From Gammaproteobacteria bacterium (GTDB taxonomy: Bacteria > Pseudomonadota > Gammaproteobacteria > Steroidobacterales > Woeseiaceae): a stretch of 64,000 nucleotides of DNA. The notes below the pieces were generated by a model that was not told where the DNA came from, searched no databases, and was given only the letters and a program-made list of their open reading frames with translations. Both the position numbers and the translations under genes were made by a program. The stretch is taken from positions 9,594 through 73,593 of the forward strand of contig SMWE01000032.1 in the NCBI GenBank assembly GCA_004357475.1. The letters are read 5' to 3'. This document shows, one piece after another, positions 1-9,253 of the stretch. How positions within the stretch are numbered: position 1 is the first letter of the stretch; the number at the start of each line of letters is the position of its first letter.

Positions 1-296
1 CGGCCAGGAACCTGATGCGGATCGCCGCGATCAAGCGTGATGCCACCGTGCTGGGAATCGGCAAAATAGACGCGTCTGATGCCGGCGGTTACCTCGATTT
101 CGGCAGCCAAACCTCCATGAACCCGATGACGCTGGTGCAAATGGTGCAGAATGATAGCCAGGTCTATCGATTGCAGGGAGCACATCGACTACAGTTCCGC
201 ATGGATTTGAGCGATACCGCCATGCGCTTCACCCAGGTCGAAAATTTGCTGGATCGATTGGCAGCGGGCGCTGTCAAAAACACGGCTGTTGGCTGA
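1..296 (+). CDS. mfd: Transcription-repair coupling factor Mfd, C-terminal fragment (5' end outside window)
   Basis: Frame open to the left edge. Tail ...VLGIGKIDASDAGGYLDF...YRLQGAHRLQFRMDL... fits the conserved Mfd C-terminal pattern (E. coli ...LGIRKLEGNEKGGVIEF...YRLDGPTRLKF...). Confidence 0.7.
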   Translation, partial: ARNLMRIAAIKRDATVLGIGKIDASDAGGYLDFGSQTSMNPMTLVQMVQNDSQVYRLQGAHRLQFRMDLSDTAMRFTQVENLLDRLAAGAVKNTAVG

Positions 297-308
297 TTCC
301 AGACCCGG

Positions 309-1232
309 ATGATATTCAGGAAAATCATGATGCATTCCGTTTTTTCAGCTTTGCCGGGACGCTGCGGGCGTAGCCTGCTGCTTGCCACCGTTGCAGTGGG
401 CATGCCCGGCATTGCTTTAAGCCAGGGTGACTCAGAAGCGGAGTCTCTCGAGGAGAAGGAAGTCCGGCGGTACACCGTCGAAATGATTGTTTTTGAGTAC
501 GCCGAATCCGCAATCTCCGGCGACGAGAATTTCCTGCCCGACGAGCTTGCGGAGGACGAAGCACTTAAGCCGTGGCTGCCGCGCTCCTTCGGTGATCCCG
601 GAACCAATGTCGATGCAGACGTACCGGTTGCACTGGACGGCGCAGATTTCAACCAGCAAGAGGTGCCGGCATTCCTTCTGCCGGCAGAACCCGAAGAGGA
701 ACAAATCCTCGAAGAACTTCCGAGTCACATCCTGCATACGCAACTCGACGTACTTGACCCGGAAGAATACGCCATGAAGGACATTTACCAGAAGTTGGTC
801 GAACTCGAGGCATACAAGCCCATCATGCGGGCAGCATGGACGCAGGCTACCTACGAAAAAGATCAGACCTTGCCGCTTCGCCTGCGCCGTATCGGCAACG
901 CACCACTGCGGCTCGACGGCAACCTGACCCTTTACCTGAGTCGCTATCTGCACCTCGTCGTCGATCTGACGATCGAAGCGGCGCCCGCACAATCGGGACG
1001 GCGAAACAGCGTCAGATACTATGGTGACCGAGGGTCATCGCGTAACTTTGGCTACCCCTATGAGCGCGAGGCAAGACCGATCAGGTACAGCATCTTCGAG
1101 GACCGCATCTTCAGGAACGGCGAACTACGCTATTACGATCATCCACGATTTGGCGTGCTGGCCAGGATTACGCGTTTCGAAGAAGAAGAACTGGAAACGG
1201 ACGAGATGTTTCTGTTGCCGGGGAATCCGTAG
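309..1232 (+). CDS. CsiV-family (DUF2803) periplasmic protein
   Basis: N-terminal signal peptide. Motifs YTVEMIVFEY and YYDHPRFGVLARI are typical of CsiV-like proteins, and the gene sits directly downstream of mfd as in other gammaproteobacteria. Confidence 0.6.
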   Translation: MIFRKIMMHSVFSALPGRCGRSLLLATVAVGMPGIALSQGDSEAESLEEKEVRRYTVEMIVFEYAESAISGDENFLPDELAEDEALKPWLPRSFGDPGTNVDADVPVALDGADFNQQEVPAFLLPAEPEEEQILEELPSHILHTQLDVLDPEEYAMKDIYQKLVELEAYKPIMRAAWTQATYEKDQTLPLRLRRIGNAPLRLDGNLTLYLSRYLHLVVDLTIEAAPAQSGRRNSVRYYGDRGSSRNFGYPYEREARPIRYSIFEDRIFRNGELRYYDHPRFGVLARITRFEEEELETDEMFLLPGNP

Positions 1233-1346
1233 GAGCTCGCCCCCAATCCGCCCACGTCTGCGAAACTGGAACTTATGATTGGTGCGGATTGATCTTTAGC
1301 GCTTCGCTTGGAAGAATCGGAATCGCTCGCTGGAGCGAGCTCCTAC
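1229..1346. repeat. REP/REPIN-like palindromic element, copy 1
   Basis: Perfect 12-bp terminal inverted repeat GTAGGAGCTCGC (1229-1240) / GCGAGCTCCTAC (1335-1346). Inner pair CAATCCGC (1244-1251) / GCGGATTG (1284-1291). Contains the 16-mer GGTGCGGATTGATCTT (1281-1296) also found at 4290-4305 (reverse) and 42164-42179. Fills the spacer between convergent genes. Confidence 0.7.
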
Positions 1347-1350
1347 AAAT

Positions 1351-2235
1351 TTATTTCAGCACGCTATTCAGGAAATCTGCGGCGTTCATTTTATCTGCGC
1401 CGGCTTCCTTCACCGACGTCTGATACGACACCGTCACGAATCGCGACACCCTGGACCTGGGGTGGTGCAAACCGAGCTCCCTTACTAAGGTCGCGAGCGT
1501 GGACGCGAATTCGCTCACCCCGACTTCATCAGCTGAGTGCGACAATACGATCAGTTTATCACCCTGTTCGCAATTCACTTTTGCAACCACATCGCTCGCA
1601 CGCTTCAGGCAACGCCGAATTGCCTGGGCGACCCGGCGTTGGCAGGAATCGGCGGCGTGCTGTCCGAAAACCTCCCGGTACTGGTCGAAGTCGTCCAGCG
1701 TAAATGAGATTAAAGCCAGTTTTGATCGCTCGCGTTTGGCGACCGCCCAGTCGTGATCGAGAACCTCCCTGAACACCCTGGCGTTCAGGAGCCCGGTTAC
1801 CGGATCGTCGCGTGACAAATCGCGAATTCTCCGCTTGGCCCTGTGCAGCGCTCGTTGTACTTCGCCGCCGCCCACGGTACTCGCGCCAGCGCCATCCCGC
1901 AGGTAGGCGGCAAAATATTTGCTATTGCCCTTGCCCGCCGAGTTCAGCGGTCGCATAACCAGCAGGTATTCCCGATTACTGACTTCGACGGGAATGGTCG
2001 TTTCATGACCGGCCCGGATCGTTTCACTGATCTCGAGTGCCAGGTCGCGGCCGACCAGTTGTTCGACAACATCAGCAAATGGTTTGCTGTGGACGTCCTC
2101 TTCGCCGACAACGCCTGCAAATGCCGGATTGCAGAGCACGACCGGCCAGTCCGGACTATCGACTTGCGCAACGACGACCGGCTCGGCCGAGCCGGCGATC
2201 AGCTGTTCCAGAATTGTGCGCTGTAGTGCCTTCAT
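1351..2235 (-). CDS. PAS-like sensor plus GGDEF-domain protein with a degenerate active-site motif
   Basis: C-terminal half has GGDEF-domain landmarks (DPVTGLLNARVF..., LDDFDQYREVFGQHAADSCQRRVA...), but the GG(D/E)EF position reads QGDKL. The N-terminal ~120 aa are PAS-like. Confidence 0.75.
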   Translation of the reverse strand: MKALQRTILEQLIAGSAEPVVVAQVDSPDWPVVLCNPAFAGVVGEEDVHSKPFADVVEQLVGRDLALEISETIRAGHETTIPVEVSNREYLLVMRPLNSAGKGNSKYFAAYLRDGAGASTVGGGEVQRALHRAKRRIRDLSRDDPVTGLLNARVFREVLDHDWAVAKRERSKLALISFTLDDFDQYREVFGQHAADSCQRRVAQAIRRCLKRASDVVAKVNCEQGDKLIVLSHSADEVGVSEFASTLATLVRELGLHHPRSRVSRFVTVSYQTSVKEAGADKMNAADFLNSVLK

Positions 2236-2257
2236 GTCTTTGCATAGACAGGAGGTC

Positions 2258-3007
2258 TCAGGATGTGTGGTCCTGGAATATCCCCTGCAAAATCTTCATC
2301 GCCCGCGTCCTGGCCGTCACCGTACTTGCCTCGATGTCGGCGTGGATCACCTTGTCACCACGGCCTGCCGCATAGTTCACGATCAATGACAGGCATGCAT
2401 ATTCCATCTCGAGTTCACGGGCCAGCGAGGCTTCGGGCATCGCAGTCATGCCGATGTAGTCTGCGCCATCACGCTCCAGGCGGTTCACCTCCGCGCTCGT
2501 CTCGAGGCGTGGTCCCTGCGTCACTGCATAGACACCTCCCTCGTGTACCGCGATCCCGGAATTTTCGGCCGCAGCCCGCAATTCCTGTCTCAGGCGCTCC
2601 GCAAACGGCTCCGTGAACTCTATATGGTCCAGACTAGCCGATTCACAGTCATAAATACTGTGATCCCGTCCATAGGTATAGTCGATGATCTGGCCGGGAA
2701 TCGCGATTTCACCCGGATGCTGGCCGGCCCTGATGACGCCGATGGTGTTCATCGCGATGATGCACTCGACACCGAGTGATTTGAGTGCTGCCAGGTTGGC
2801 CCGATAATTAATGAGATGCGGCGGAATGAGAAGCCTGTCGCCGTGCCGGGCCAACAGGAACACCGTGCGGTCGCCGAATTTCAGCCCGCGCACCGGGCTC
2901 GAGGGATCACCGAAATCGGTCGTGAGATGATGCGCTTCTGCATCTTCGCCAAATACTTGAAATCCGCTGCCGGCAATGACCGCATATTGATGCCTGCCTG
3001 TTGCCAC
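2258..3007 (-). CDS. mtnP: Methylthioadenosine / methylthioinosine phosphorylase family (PNP family 2)
   Basis: YAVIAGSG..., FLLARHG..., PPHLINYRANLAALKSLG and GMTAMPEASLAREL are typical MTAP-family blocks. Confidence 0.8.
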   Translation of the reverse strand: MATGRHQYAVIAGSGFQVFGEDAEAHHLTTDFGDPSSPVRGLKFGDRTVFLLARHGDRLLIPPHLINYRANLAALKSLGVECIIAMNTIGVIRAGQHPGEIAIPGQIIDYTYGRDHSIYDCESASLDHIEFTEPFAERLRQELRAAAENSGIAVHEGGVYAVTQGPRLETSAEVNRLERDGADYIGMTAMPEASLARELEMEYACLSLIVNYAAGRGDKVIHADIEASTVTARTRAMKILQGIFQDHTS

Positions 3008-3022
3008 ATGTGTTCTCCTGGC

Positions 3023-4069
3023 TTATGAGTCGAGTTTGAGTTCGGGTCTGTCCAGCCAGTGTTGCAGGCGGTCAGCGGCAATATGCCACTCCTCGCTGGC
3101 CAAAAGCGATTCGCGCATTACCTTCCCGGTTCCGTGGAGTCTTGCCAGGCGGACCAGAGACAACGGGCTGGAGTAGTCCCGCAAGGCCGCAACGGCAGCG
3201 CTCGCAGCCGGACGATCGTTGCAAACCAGCACCATATCGCACCCGGCCTGCAGCGCGAGCGTGGCCCGTTTCGGCATCGAACCCATGCTCTCGGTGGCCT
3301 GCATGCTGAGATCATCGCACAGCACGGCACCGTCGAAGCCCAGAGTGCGCCGCAACTGTTCTTTGATCCAGTACGGAGAAAAACTTGCCGGCAGCGGATC
3401 GGTTTCGGAAAACACGATATGCGCAATCATCACCCCGGCGAGTTGTCGCTTTGCGATCAGTTTTTCATAGGGTTGCATGTCGTCCAGCAAATCGCCGTAA
3501 CTACGGCGATCAACCGGCAATTGATCGTGAGAATCGGCGACCACCGCGCCGTGGCCGGGGAAGTGCTTGGCAATAGCCGCCATGCCCGCACTTCGCAGCC
3601 CGTTGCAATAGGCGCTCGCAAGGTCGGCGACCACCTCGGGCTTGCGGTGGAAAGCACGATTGCCAATGATCTCGCTGATGCCCCAGTCGAGATCGACGCA
3701 AGGCGTGAAGCTCAGATCGATACCCATGGCACGCAATTCTGACGCAATCAGCCAGCCGGCGGTCTTTGCCAGCGAGAGCGCCTCCTCGGGTTCACCGTCA
3801 TACTGTCTGCCGAGGCGGCGCATGGGCGGTATTGCACTGAATCCCTCGCGAAAGCGCTGTACGCGCCCGCCCTCATGATCAACGGCGACAAGGAGCGGCG
3901 GGCTGCGTAATGCGCGGATCGCCGCAACGAGATCGCAAAGCTGCGAGGGGGACTCGTAGTTCCGGCTAAACAGGATTACGCCGCCGACCGCCGGTTCCCC
4001 CAAGAGCGCACGGTCAGCCGAGCTTAGCTGACGCGCCTCGATATCCAGCATTACAGGTCCCAACGCCAT
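3023..4069 (-). CDS. nagZ: Beta-N-acetylhexosaminidase NagZ (glycoside hydrolase family 3)
   Basis: GPVMLDI..., GGVILFSRNY, VAVDHEGGRVQRF and KHFPGHG motifs. Length matches NagZ. Confidence 0.9.
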   Translation of the reverse strand: MALGPVMLDIEARQLSSADRALLGEPAVGGVILFSRNYESPSQLCDLVAAIRALRSPPLLVAVDHEGGRVQRFREGFSAIPPMRRLGRQYDGEPEEALSLAKTAGWLIASELRAMGIDLSFTPCVDLDWGISEIIGNRAFHRKPEVVADLASAYCNGLRSAGMAAIAKHFPGHGAVVADSHDQLPVDRRSYGDLLDDMQPYEKLIAKRQLAGVMIAHIVFSETDPLPASFSPYWIKEQLRRTLGFDGAVLCDDLSMQATESMGSMPKRATLALQAGCDMVLVCNDRPAASAAVAALRDYSSPLSLVRLARLHGTGKVMRESLLASEEWHIAADRLQHWLDRPELKLDS

Positions 4070-4180
4070 GCCAACAGATTATTAGATCAACGGCCAAATA
4101 TCACTCCGAGGCCCAAAAATTGTAGCGACGTGTCGCACCAATTTGGCTTATTCGGGAGACCGGAATTTTGGGAAGGGCTC

Positions 4181-4351
4181 GTAGGAGCTCGCCCGATCAA
4201 AGCAAATCGCCCGGTAAGCCGGGCTCCCGCACGGAAACGAAGATCGCTCGGTTCTGTGGGCGAAATTACAAATTTCAGCCGCAATGCTGAAGATCAATCC
4301 GCACCGATCAATAGTGCTAGTTTCGTCAACGCGGGCGGATTGGGCTCCTAC
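4181..4351. repeat. Composite REP/REPIN-like element cluster, copy 2
   Basis: Bounded by inverted GTAGGAGC heads (4181-4188 and reverse 4344-4351). Inner CAATCCGC (4295-4302) / GCGGATTG (4335-4342). Reverse copy of the 16-mer GGTGCGGATTGATCTT at 4290-4305. Extra hairpin GCCCGGTAAGCCGGGC at about 4209-4224. Lies in the 287-bp nagZ-rlmD spacer. Confidence 0.65.
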
Positions 4352-4356
4352 GATTC

Positions 4357-5685
4357 TCATTTCCGGAACACGGCCAACGATTCGACATGCCCGGTATGTG
4401 GAAACATATCGATGATGCCGGCTGCCTCGAGCGTATAACCCTCGGTCTTGACCAGCGTTGCGGCATCTCTTGCCAGCGTCGCCGGGTGGCAGGACACGTA
4501 GACGATTCGACGCGCACCGATATTGCTCATTCGGGACACCACTTCTGCAGCCCCGCTTCTCGCCGGGTCCAGCAATACCCGGTCCCATCCGGCGCTGAGC
4601 CAGGATTCGCTGCCGTCCACTTTACTGAGATCGGCACAACGAAACTCGCAGTTGTCGATGCCGTTGTGTTGCGCGTTGTCTGTCGCGCGCCGAACCTGGT
4701 GCATCTCGCCCTCAATGCCAAGAACCCGCTGTGCGTTTCTCGCCATGGGCAGCGAAAAATTACCGATACCGCAATAAAGATCGAGGACGCGGTCCTCCTC
4801 CCCTATCTGCAGCAAGCGGATTGCCTCGAACACCATGCGTTGATTCACGCCACCATTGATCTGTACGAAATCGGCTGCATCAAAGTTAATGGAGACGTTG
4901 AATTCCGGCAGTCCGTAACACAGCGGGTCCAGTGGCGGCTCCGGATAAAGCGGGGTAACGGAATCGGGGCCGCCCGCTTGCAGCAGCACTCGCACCCCGT
5001 GTTCGATGGCAAAGCCTGTGAACGCCGCCCGGTCATCATCGGTAGGGGGATCAAGCACCCGAAACAGGAGTGCTACGGCATTGTCCGCGACCGTCACCTC
5101 GATTTGCGGCAGGCGCTTCCGGATACTCAGTTTGCCAATGAGTTCGCTCAGAGGATCGATCAGGGCGTCCACTGGCTTTGCCAGGACTTCGCAACCATGC
5201 ATATCCGTGAGATACGGGGCATGGCGCTCACGAAAGCCGACCAGCACCCTGCCCTTGCCGGCAACGTCCTTGACGCCAAGCCTGGCGCGACGGCGATAGT
5301 GCCAACTCCCGTCTTCGGTGTCGTCATAGATCGGTGCCAGCCATCGCTCCGGCTCCAGCTGGCCAATCCGCCGCAAATTGTCAGCCAGCGCCTTAAGTTT
5401 GATGGCACGCTGCTCCTCGTCAGAAGTATGTTGCAGCGAACAGCCACCACAAGTGCCATAGACTGCACAACGCGGCTCGATACGGGCGCTTGATGGCTCA
5501 AGAACCTCCAGGAGTTCTGCCTCATCGAAGTTACGCCGCCGCTTGCGGCGCTGAAAGCGTACCGTCTCGCCCGGCAACGCGCCGGCAACGAAAACCTTTT
5601 TGCCTGGTAGCTGGGCAATTCCCCTGCCATCGTGGGTAGCCGACTCGATTCGAGCCGTTTCGGGTTCGCGCTTACGGCGTGTCAT
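4357..5685 (-). CDS. rlmD: 23S rRNA (uracil1939-C5)-methyltransferase RlmD
   Basis: N-terminal TRAM domain, Cys cluster (CGGCSLQH), SAM-binding block VLDLYCGIGNFSLP and C-terminal VYVSCHPATLARD. Confidence 0.9.
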   Translation of the reverse strand: MTRRKREPETARIESATHDGRGIAQLPGKKVFVAGALPGETVRFQRRKRRRNFDEAELLEVLEPSSARIEPRCAVYGTCGGCSLQHTSDEEQRAIKLKALADNLRRIGQLEPERWLAPIYDDTEDGSWHYRRRARLGVKDVAGKGRVLVGFRERHAPYLTDMHGCEVLAKPVDALIDPLSELIGKLSIRKRLPQIEVTVADNAVALLFRVLDPPTDDDRAAFTGFAIEHGVRVLLQAGGPDSVTPLYPEPPLDPLCYGLPEFNVSINFDAADFVQINGGVNQRMVFEAIRLLQIGEEDRVLDLYCGIGNFSLPMARNAQRVLGIEGEMHQVRRATDNAQHNGIDNCEFRCADLSKVDGSESWLSAGWDRVLLDPARSGAAEVVSRMSNIGARRIVYVSCHPATLARDAATLVKTEGYTLEAAGIIDMFPHTGHVESLAVFRK

Positions 5686-6458
5686 GCGTCCGCCGGCCAG
5701 GCCTCAGCGAATTCATTCAGGTGCGGCTGATCCAGCGAGGCGATGGTCTGGCGGACCAGTGCATATTCGCGCTTGAGCGATTTGTCGTTGAGGTGGCCAC
5801 GCATATATTCGAATCGCAGGTACAGCAGGTAAGTATTCAGGACATCCGTGTCGCAGTAGTGTCGAATCTCCTCGATGCCGCCATCGAGCCAGCACTGCCA
5901 GACCTTGTCCCCACTCATGCCTTGCTTGCCCGGGAATCCGAGCATCGTCGCCATCTGATCGAGGCTGGCGCGGCCACGCGGTTGAAACCCCGCCAGCACA
6001 TCCATCAGGTCAATATGGCGCCAGTGGAAACGGCTCAGGTAATTGTTGTAGCGAAATTCCCGGTCGTGGTCACCGGTCTCCCAGTACCTTGGCGCCTGTA
6101 TGCCATGCTTCAGGGCACGGTAATGCAGCACCGGGAGATCAAAACCTGAGCCGTTCCAGGAGACGAGTTGCGGCGAATACCGCTCGATACCGTCGAAGAA
6201 CCGGCGTACAAGATCCGCTTCATGCGAATCTTTGTCGCCGAGGCTCCAGACCCGGAAGGTGTCGCCGGTACGCAGCGCCACGGATATCGCGACCACCCGT
6301 TGCTGGTGCAGGGGCAGGAAGTCGCTGCCCGTCTTTTGCAGCTGCTTGGCGGTCATTACCCGGCCGATATCCTCGTCGGACAGCTCGTCCAGCTGCCACA
6401 TGCGCCGGCCAAATTCGATGTCCGGAATTGTTTCAATATCAAAGGAAAAACAATGCAT
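5682..6458 (-). CDS. Predicted 3'-5' exonuclease (PolB-exonuclease-domain-like family)
   Basis: DEDD-type exonuclease start FDIET, later SWNGSGFDLPVL and HYCDTDVLNTYLLYLR. The 4-nt overlap with rlmD suggests co-transcription. Confidence 0.7.
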   Translation of the reverse strand: MHCFSFDIETIPDIEFGRRMWQLDELSDEDIGRVMTAKQLQKTGSDFLPLHQQRVVAISVALRTGDTFRVWSLGDKDSHEADLVRRFFDGIERYSPQLVSWNGSGFDLPVLHYRALKHGIQAPRYWETGDHDREFRYNNYLSRFHWRHIDLMDVLAGFQPRGRASLDQMATMLGFPGKQGMSGDKVWQCWLDGGIEEIRHYCDTDVLNTYLLYLRFEYMRGHLNDKSLKREYALVRQTIASLDQPHLNEFAEAWPADA

Positions 6459-6482
6459 TAAAAGATATATCTCGAAGAGTTA

Positions 6483-6863
6483 TTAGGCCTGCATGAGCAC
6501 CGCAAAAGCCAGAATAAGGCCCGCATCGTCGCTTAAGGATACGTGACCGCCGCCGATACCCAGTTGATCACAGACCTCCTGTCCACGGCCAGACCAGATG
6601 ATTTCCGGGCGGCCCCAGTCGTTGTTGACGATGCCGACATCGCGGATCCACATGCCATGTGAAAACCCGGTTCCCATCGCCTTGACGGTCGCCTCCTTTG
6701 CCGCGAAGTGCATCGCCAGGTAACGGACCGGCCATTTGCTGCGCCGGAATTGTTCGCGCTCCTCGTCCATCAATATGCGATGGACGAAATGCTCGCCGAA
6801 ACGGTTGTAGGTCTCCTGGATGCGCGATAACTCCAGGATGTCGGTGCCAACGCCGAAAATCAT
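6483..6863 (-). CDS. acpS: Holo-[acyl-carrier-protein] synthase
   Basis: MIFGVGTDILELSRI..., FAAKEATVKA. 126 aa, downstream of pdxJ as in E. coli. Confidence 0.9.
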   Translation of the reverse strand: MIFGVGTDILELSRIQETYNRFGEHFVHRILMDEEREQFRRSKWPVRYLAMHFAAKEATVKAMGTGFSHGMWIRDVGIVNNDWGRPEIIWSGRGQEVCDQLGIGGGHVSLSDDAGLILAFAVLMQA

Positions 6864-6873
6864 TCCTGCCGGC

Positions 6874-7614
6874 TCACGCGGTGCGTGCCTCGGTCATCAG
6901 CCGTTTCATATCCTGCACCGCTGCAGTGAAGCCCTCGAAAATTGCGCGGGCAATAATCGCATGTCCAATATTGAGCTCGATGATTTCCGGAATTTCGGCA
7001 ACAGGATTGACGTTTTCATAGTGAAGACCGTGACCGGCATGTACAGTCAGCCCGATTTGCATTCCGTATGCAGCGGCATCGACGATGCGTTGTAATTCAG
7101 CCTCCTGCGCGCCTGCATCGGCATCCGCATATGCGCCGGTGTGCAATTCAACCACTGGCGCACCGCTGGCAAGAGCAGCATCAAGCTGTCGTGGCTCCGG
7201 GTCGACAAAAAGAGCAACTCTGATACCGTTCGCGGCCAGGTTGCCGCAGGCTCCGGTGATCTTATCCAGTTGCCCGGCAACGTCCAGCCCGCCTTCCGTC
7301 GTGAGTTCCTCGCGGTTTTCCGGTACCAGGCAACAATCCTGCGGCCGGATACCGGCGGCGATGGCCAGCATTTCATCGGTTGCCGCCATCTCGAGGTTCA
7401 TGTGCGTCTGCATCACCGCTTTCAGCCGCTCGAGGTCGTCATCCTGTATGTGCCGCCGATCCTCCCGAAGATGCAGCGTAATGCTGTCAGCACCGGCCTT
7501 CTCGGCCAGCAAGGCAGCCTCCACGGGATCCGGGTAATCGGTGCCGCGTGCCTGCCGCACGGTGGCGACATGGTCAATATTGACACCCAGGTGTTGCTCG
7601 GTCCTGACGTTCAA
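6874..7614 (-). CDS. pdxJ: Pyridoxine 5'-phosphate synthase
   Basis: [28 protein letters not shown] and HAGHGL blocks. recO-pdxJ-acpS synteny. Confidence 0.9.
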   Translation of the reverse strand: MNVRTEQHLGVNIDHVATVRQARGTDYPDPVEAALLAEKAGADSITLHLREDRRHIQDDDLERLKAVMQTHMNLEMAATDEMLAIAAGIRPQDCCLVPENREELTTEGGLDVAGQLDKITGACGNLAANGIRVALFVDPEPRQLDAALASGAPVVELHTGAYADADAGAQEAELQRIVDAAAYGMQIGLTVHAGHGLHYENVNPVAEIPEIIELNIGHAIIARAIFEGFTAAVQDMKRLMTEARTA

Positions 7615-8357
7615 TTTCCCTTGCGTCCCTTTTCAGTCTTTGCCTTGCGTATTTCCTGCATGACCTTACGGCTTTTCAGTTCTTTGCCATCCAGGTGGTG
7701 GGCAATGACGATTCGTAGCAGGCTGCCTGCGTTCTTCAATACTGCCGGGTCAGCAAACTGCTGGTGTCGAATTGCCATGAGTTCCGCGCCCGTAAATACC
7801 ATGGGCCCTTCACGGTCATCTACAGGAACCGGCCCCTGCTCGGCACGATATTCGTATTGTTGCTGGGGCATAAGCGGCTCCCGTGTTGCCGTATCATGAT
7901 CGAGATTAAGGGCATAGCCAAGCAGGCGCAGCAACTCAATTTCGAACTGGCGCAAAGTCGGAGCGACGTCCTGATTTCCGGCGAGGTGCTCAATGGTTCG
8001 GCTGTAGGCCGCAAATATCTCAGGCTGCGGATCATGCCGGTGCAACAGCTTGAGAATCAGCTCGTTGACGTAGTAGCCGGACAACAACGCATCACCCGTC
8101 AACGTTATCGGCGCGCCATCCATTTCGGCCCCGGTGAGTGTTCCGAGATCCGAACGGATAACCCATGAGAGCTGCAAAGGCAGGAACGGGCGCAAGATGC
8201 CGCGCAACCTTGATTTGGCGCCACGACTGCCTTTTGCGACAACAGCCAGGCGACCGTGATCGCGGCTCAGGATATCGAGAATCTGGCTGGAATCACGAAA
8301 CGGCCGGTGATGGAGCAGCCAGGCCGGCTCATTGTGCATGCGGCGCGATGCGGTCAT
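7611..8357 (-). CDS. recO: DNA repair protein RecO
   Basis: [25 protein letters not shown]... is a typical RecO N-terminus. Lies between era and pdxJ. Confidence 0.9.
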   Translation of the reverse strand: MTASRRMHNEPAWLLHHRPFRDSSQILDILSRDHGRLAVVAKGSRGAKSRLRGILRPFLPLQLSWVIRSDLGTLTGAEMDGAPITLTGDALLSGYYVNELILKLLHRHDPQPEIFAAYSRTIEHLAGNQDVAPTLRQFEIELLRLLGYALNLDHDTATREPLMPQQQYEYRAEQGPVPVDDREGPMVFTGAELMAIRHQQFADPAVLKNAGSLLRIVIAHHLDGKELKSRKVMQEIRKAKTEKGRKGN

Positions 8358-9253
8358 GGGGATTCATAGCCAAGCCGCAACAGTTCAGCCTCGCTGTCTG
8401 CCCAGTTTTGTTTTACTTTGACCCAGAGTTCCAGGTGCACGGGCACGCCTTCCTGCGCCTTCCATTCGACGCGGGCGGAACGGCCGACTCTTTTCAGGAC
8501 GCTGCCATTCTTGCCGACGACGATGCCTTTCTGGCTGTTTCGTTCAACCCAAATAACTGCGTGGATTTCGATCCCGGATTCGTCCTCGACGTAGCGCTCA
8601 ATCTGCACTGTCAAACCGTACGGAACTTCCTGTTGAAGATTAAGTGTCAGTTTTTCCCGAATAATTTCCGCAATCCGAAATGACTTGCTGCGATCGGTGA
8701 TCATGTCTTCCGGAAACAGTGGTTCGGACTCGGGCAGGTATCCCGGAATGATCTTCATTAACTGCTCGAGGTTATCTTTGCGTTTCGCGGAAATCGGCAT
8801 TACCTCCGCGAAATCGTAGCGCTCCGACATCTCGGCCAACGCCGGCAACAGCTTTTCCTTTGGATGGACCTTATCGGTTTTGTTTAACAGTGCAATGACC
8901 GGCACCGTCGTTAATTTCAGCCGAAGCAGCACATCCTGATCCTCGACGGTCCAGTGATTGGCGACGATCATGAACAACACCACATCGGCATCGATGAGCG
9001 CACTGGCGGCAGTGCGATTCATCATCCGGTTTATCGCCTTGCCTGCTTTGCGATGCAAACCGGGCGTGTCAACGAAAACGATCTGGCAGTCCTGCCTCGA
9101 CTCGACCGCGAGGATTCGGTGACGGGTGGTTTGCGGCTTGGGCGTCACGATACTGATCTTGTGGCCGAAAATGGTATTGATCAGCGTTGATTTGCCGACA
9201 TTCGGACGGCCGACAACGGCAACGAATCCACAGCGAAAGGGTTGCTCACTCAT
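8354..9253 (-). CDS. era: GTPase Era
   Basis: G1 GRPNVGKST, G3 DTPG, G4 NKTD and a C-terminal KH domain. rnc-era-recO synteny. Confidence 0.95.
   Translation of the reverse strand: MSEQPFRCGFVAVVGRPNVGKSTLINTIFGHKISIVTPKPQTTRHRILAVESRQDCQIVFVDTPGLHRKAGKAINRMMNRTAASALIDADVVLFMIVANHWTVEDQDVLLRLKLTTVPVIALLNKTDKVHPKEKLLPALAEMSERYDFAEVMPISAKRKDNLEQLMKIIPGYLPESEPLFPEDMITDRSKSFRIAEIIREKLTLNLQQEVPYGLTVQIERYVEDESGIEIHAVIWVERNSQKGIVVGKNGSVLKRVGRSARVEWKAQEGVPVHLELWVKVKQNWADSEAELLRLGYESP

Noticed and set aside
4087-4438. Short ORFs (65 aa minus, 102 aa plus) inside the nagZ-rlmD spacer
   Set aside because: They are translations of the REP-like repeat cluster, made of low-complexity Arg/Pro/Gly/Ser peptides, a well-known artefact of palindromic repeats.
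4387-5493. 368-aa plus-strand ORF antisense to rlmD
   Set aside because: It lies entirely within a gene that has clear RlmD motifs. The product is Arg/Ala/Gly-rich with no recognisable motif. Long stop-free antisense frames are expected in GC-rich DNA.
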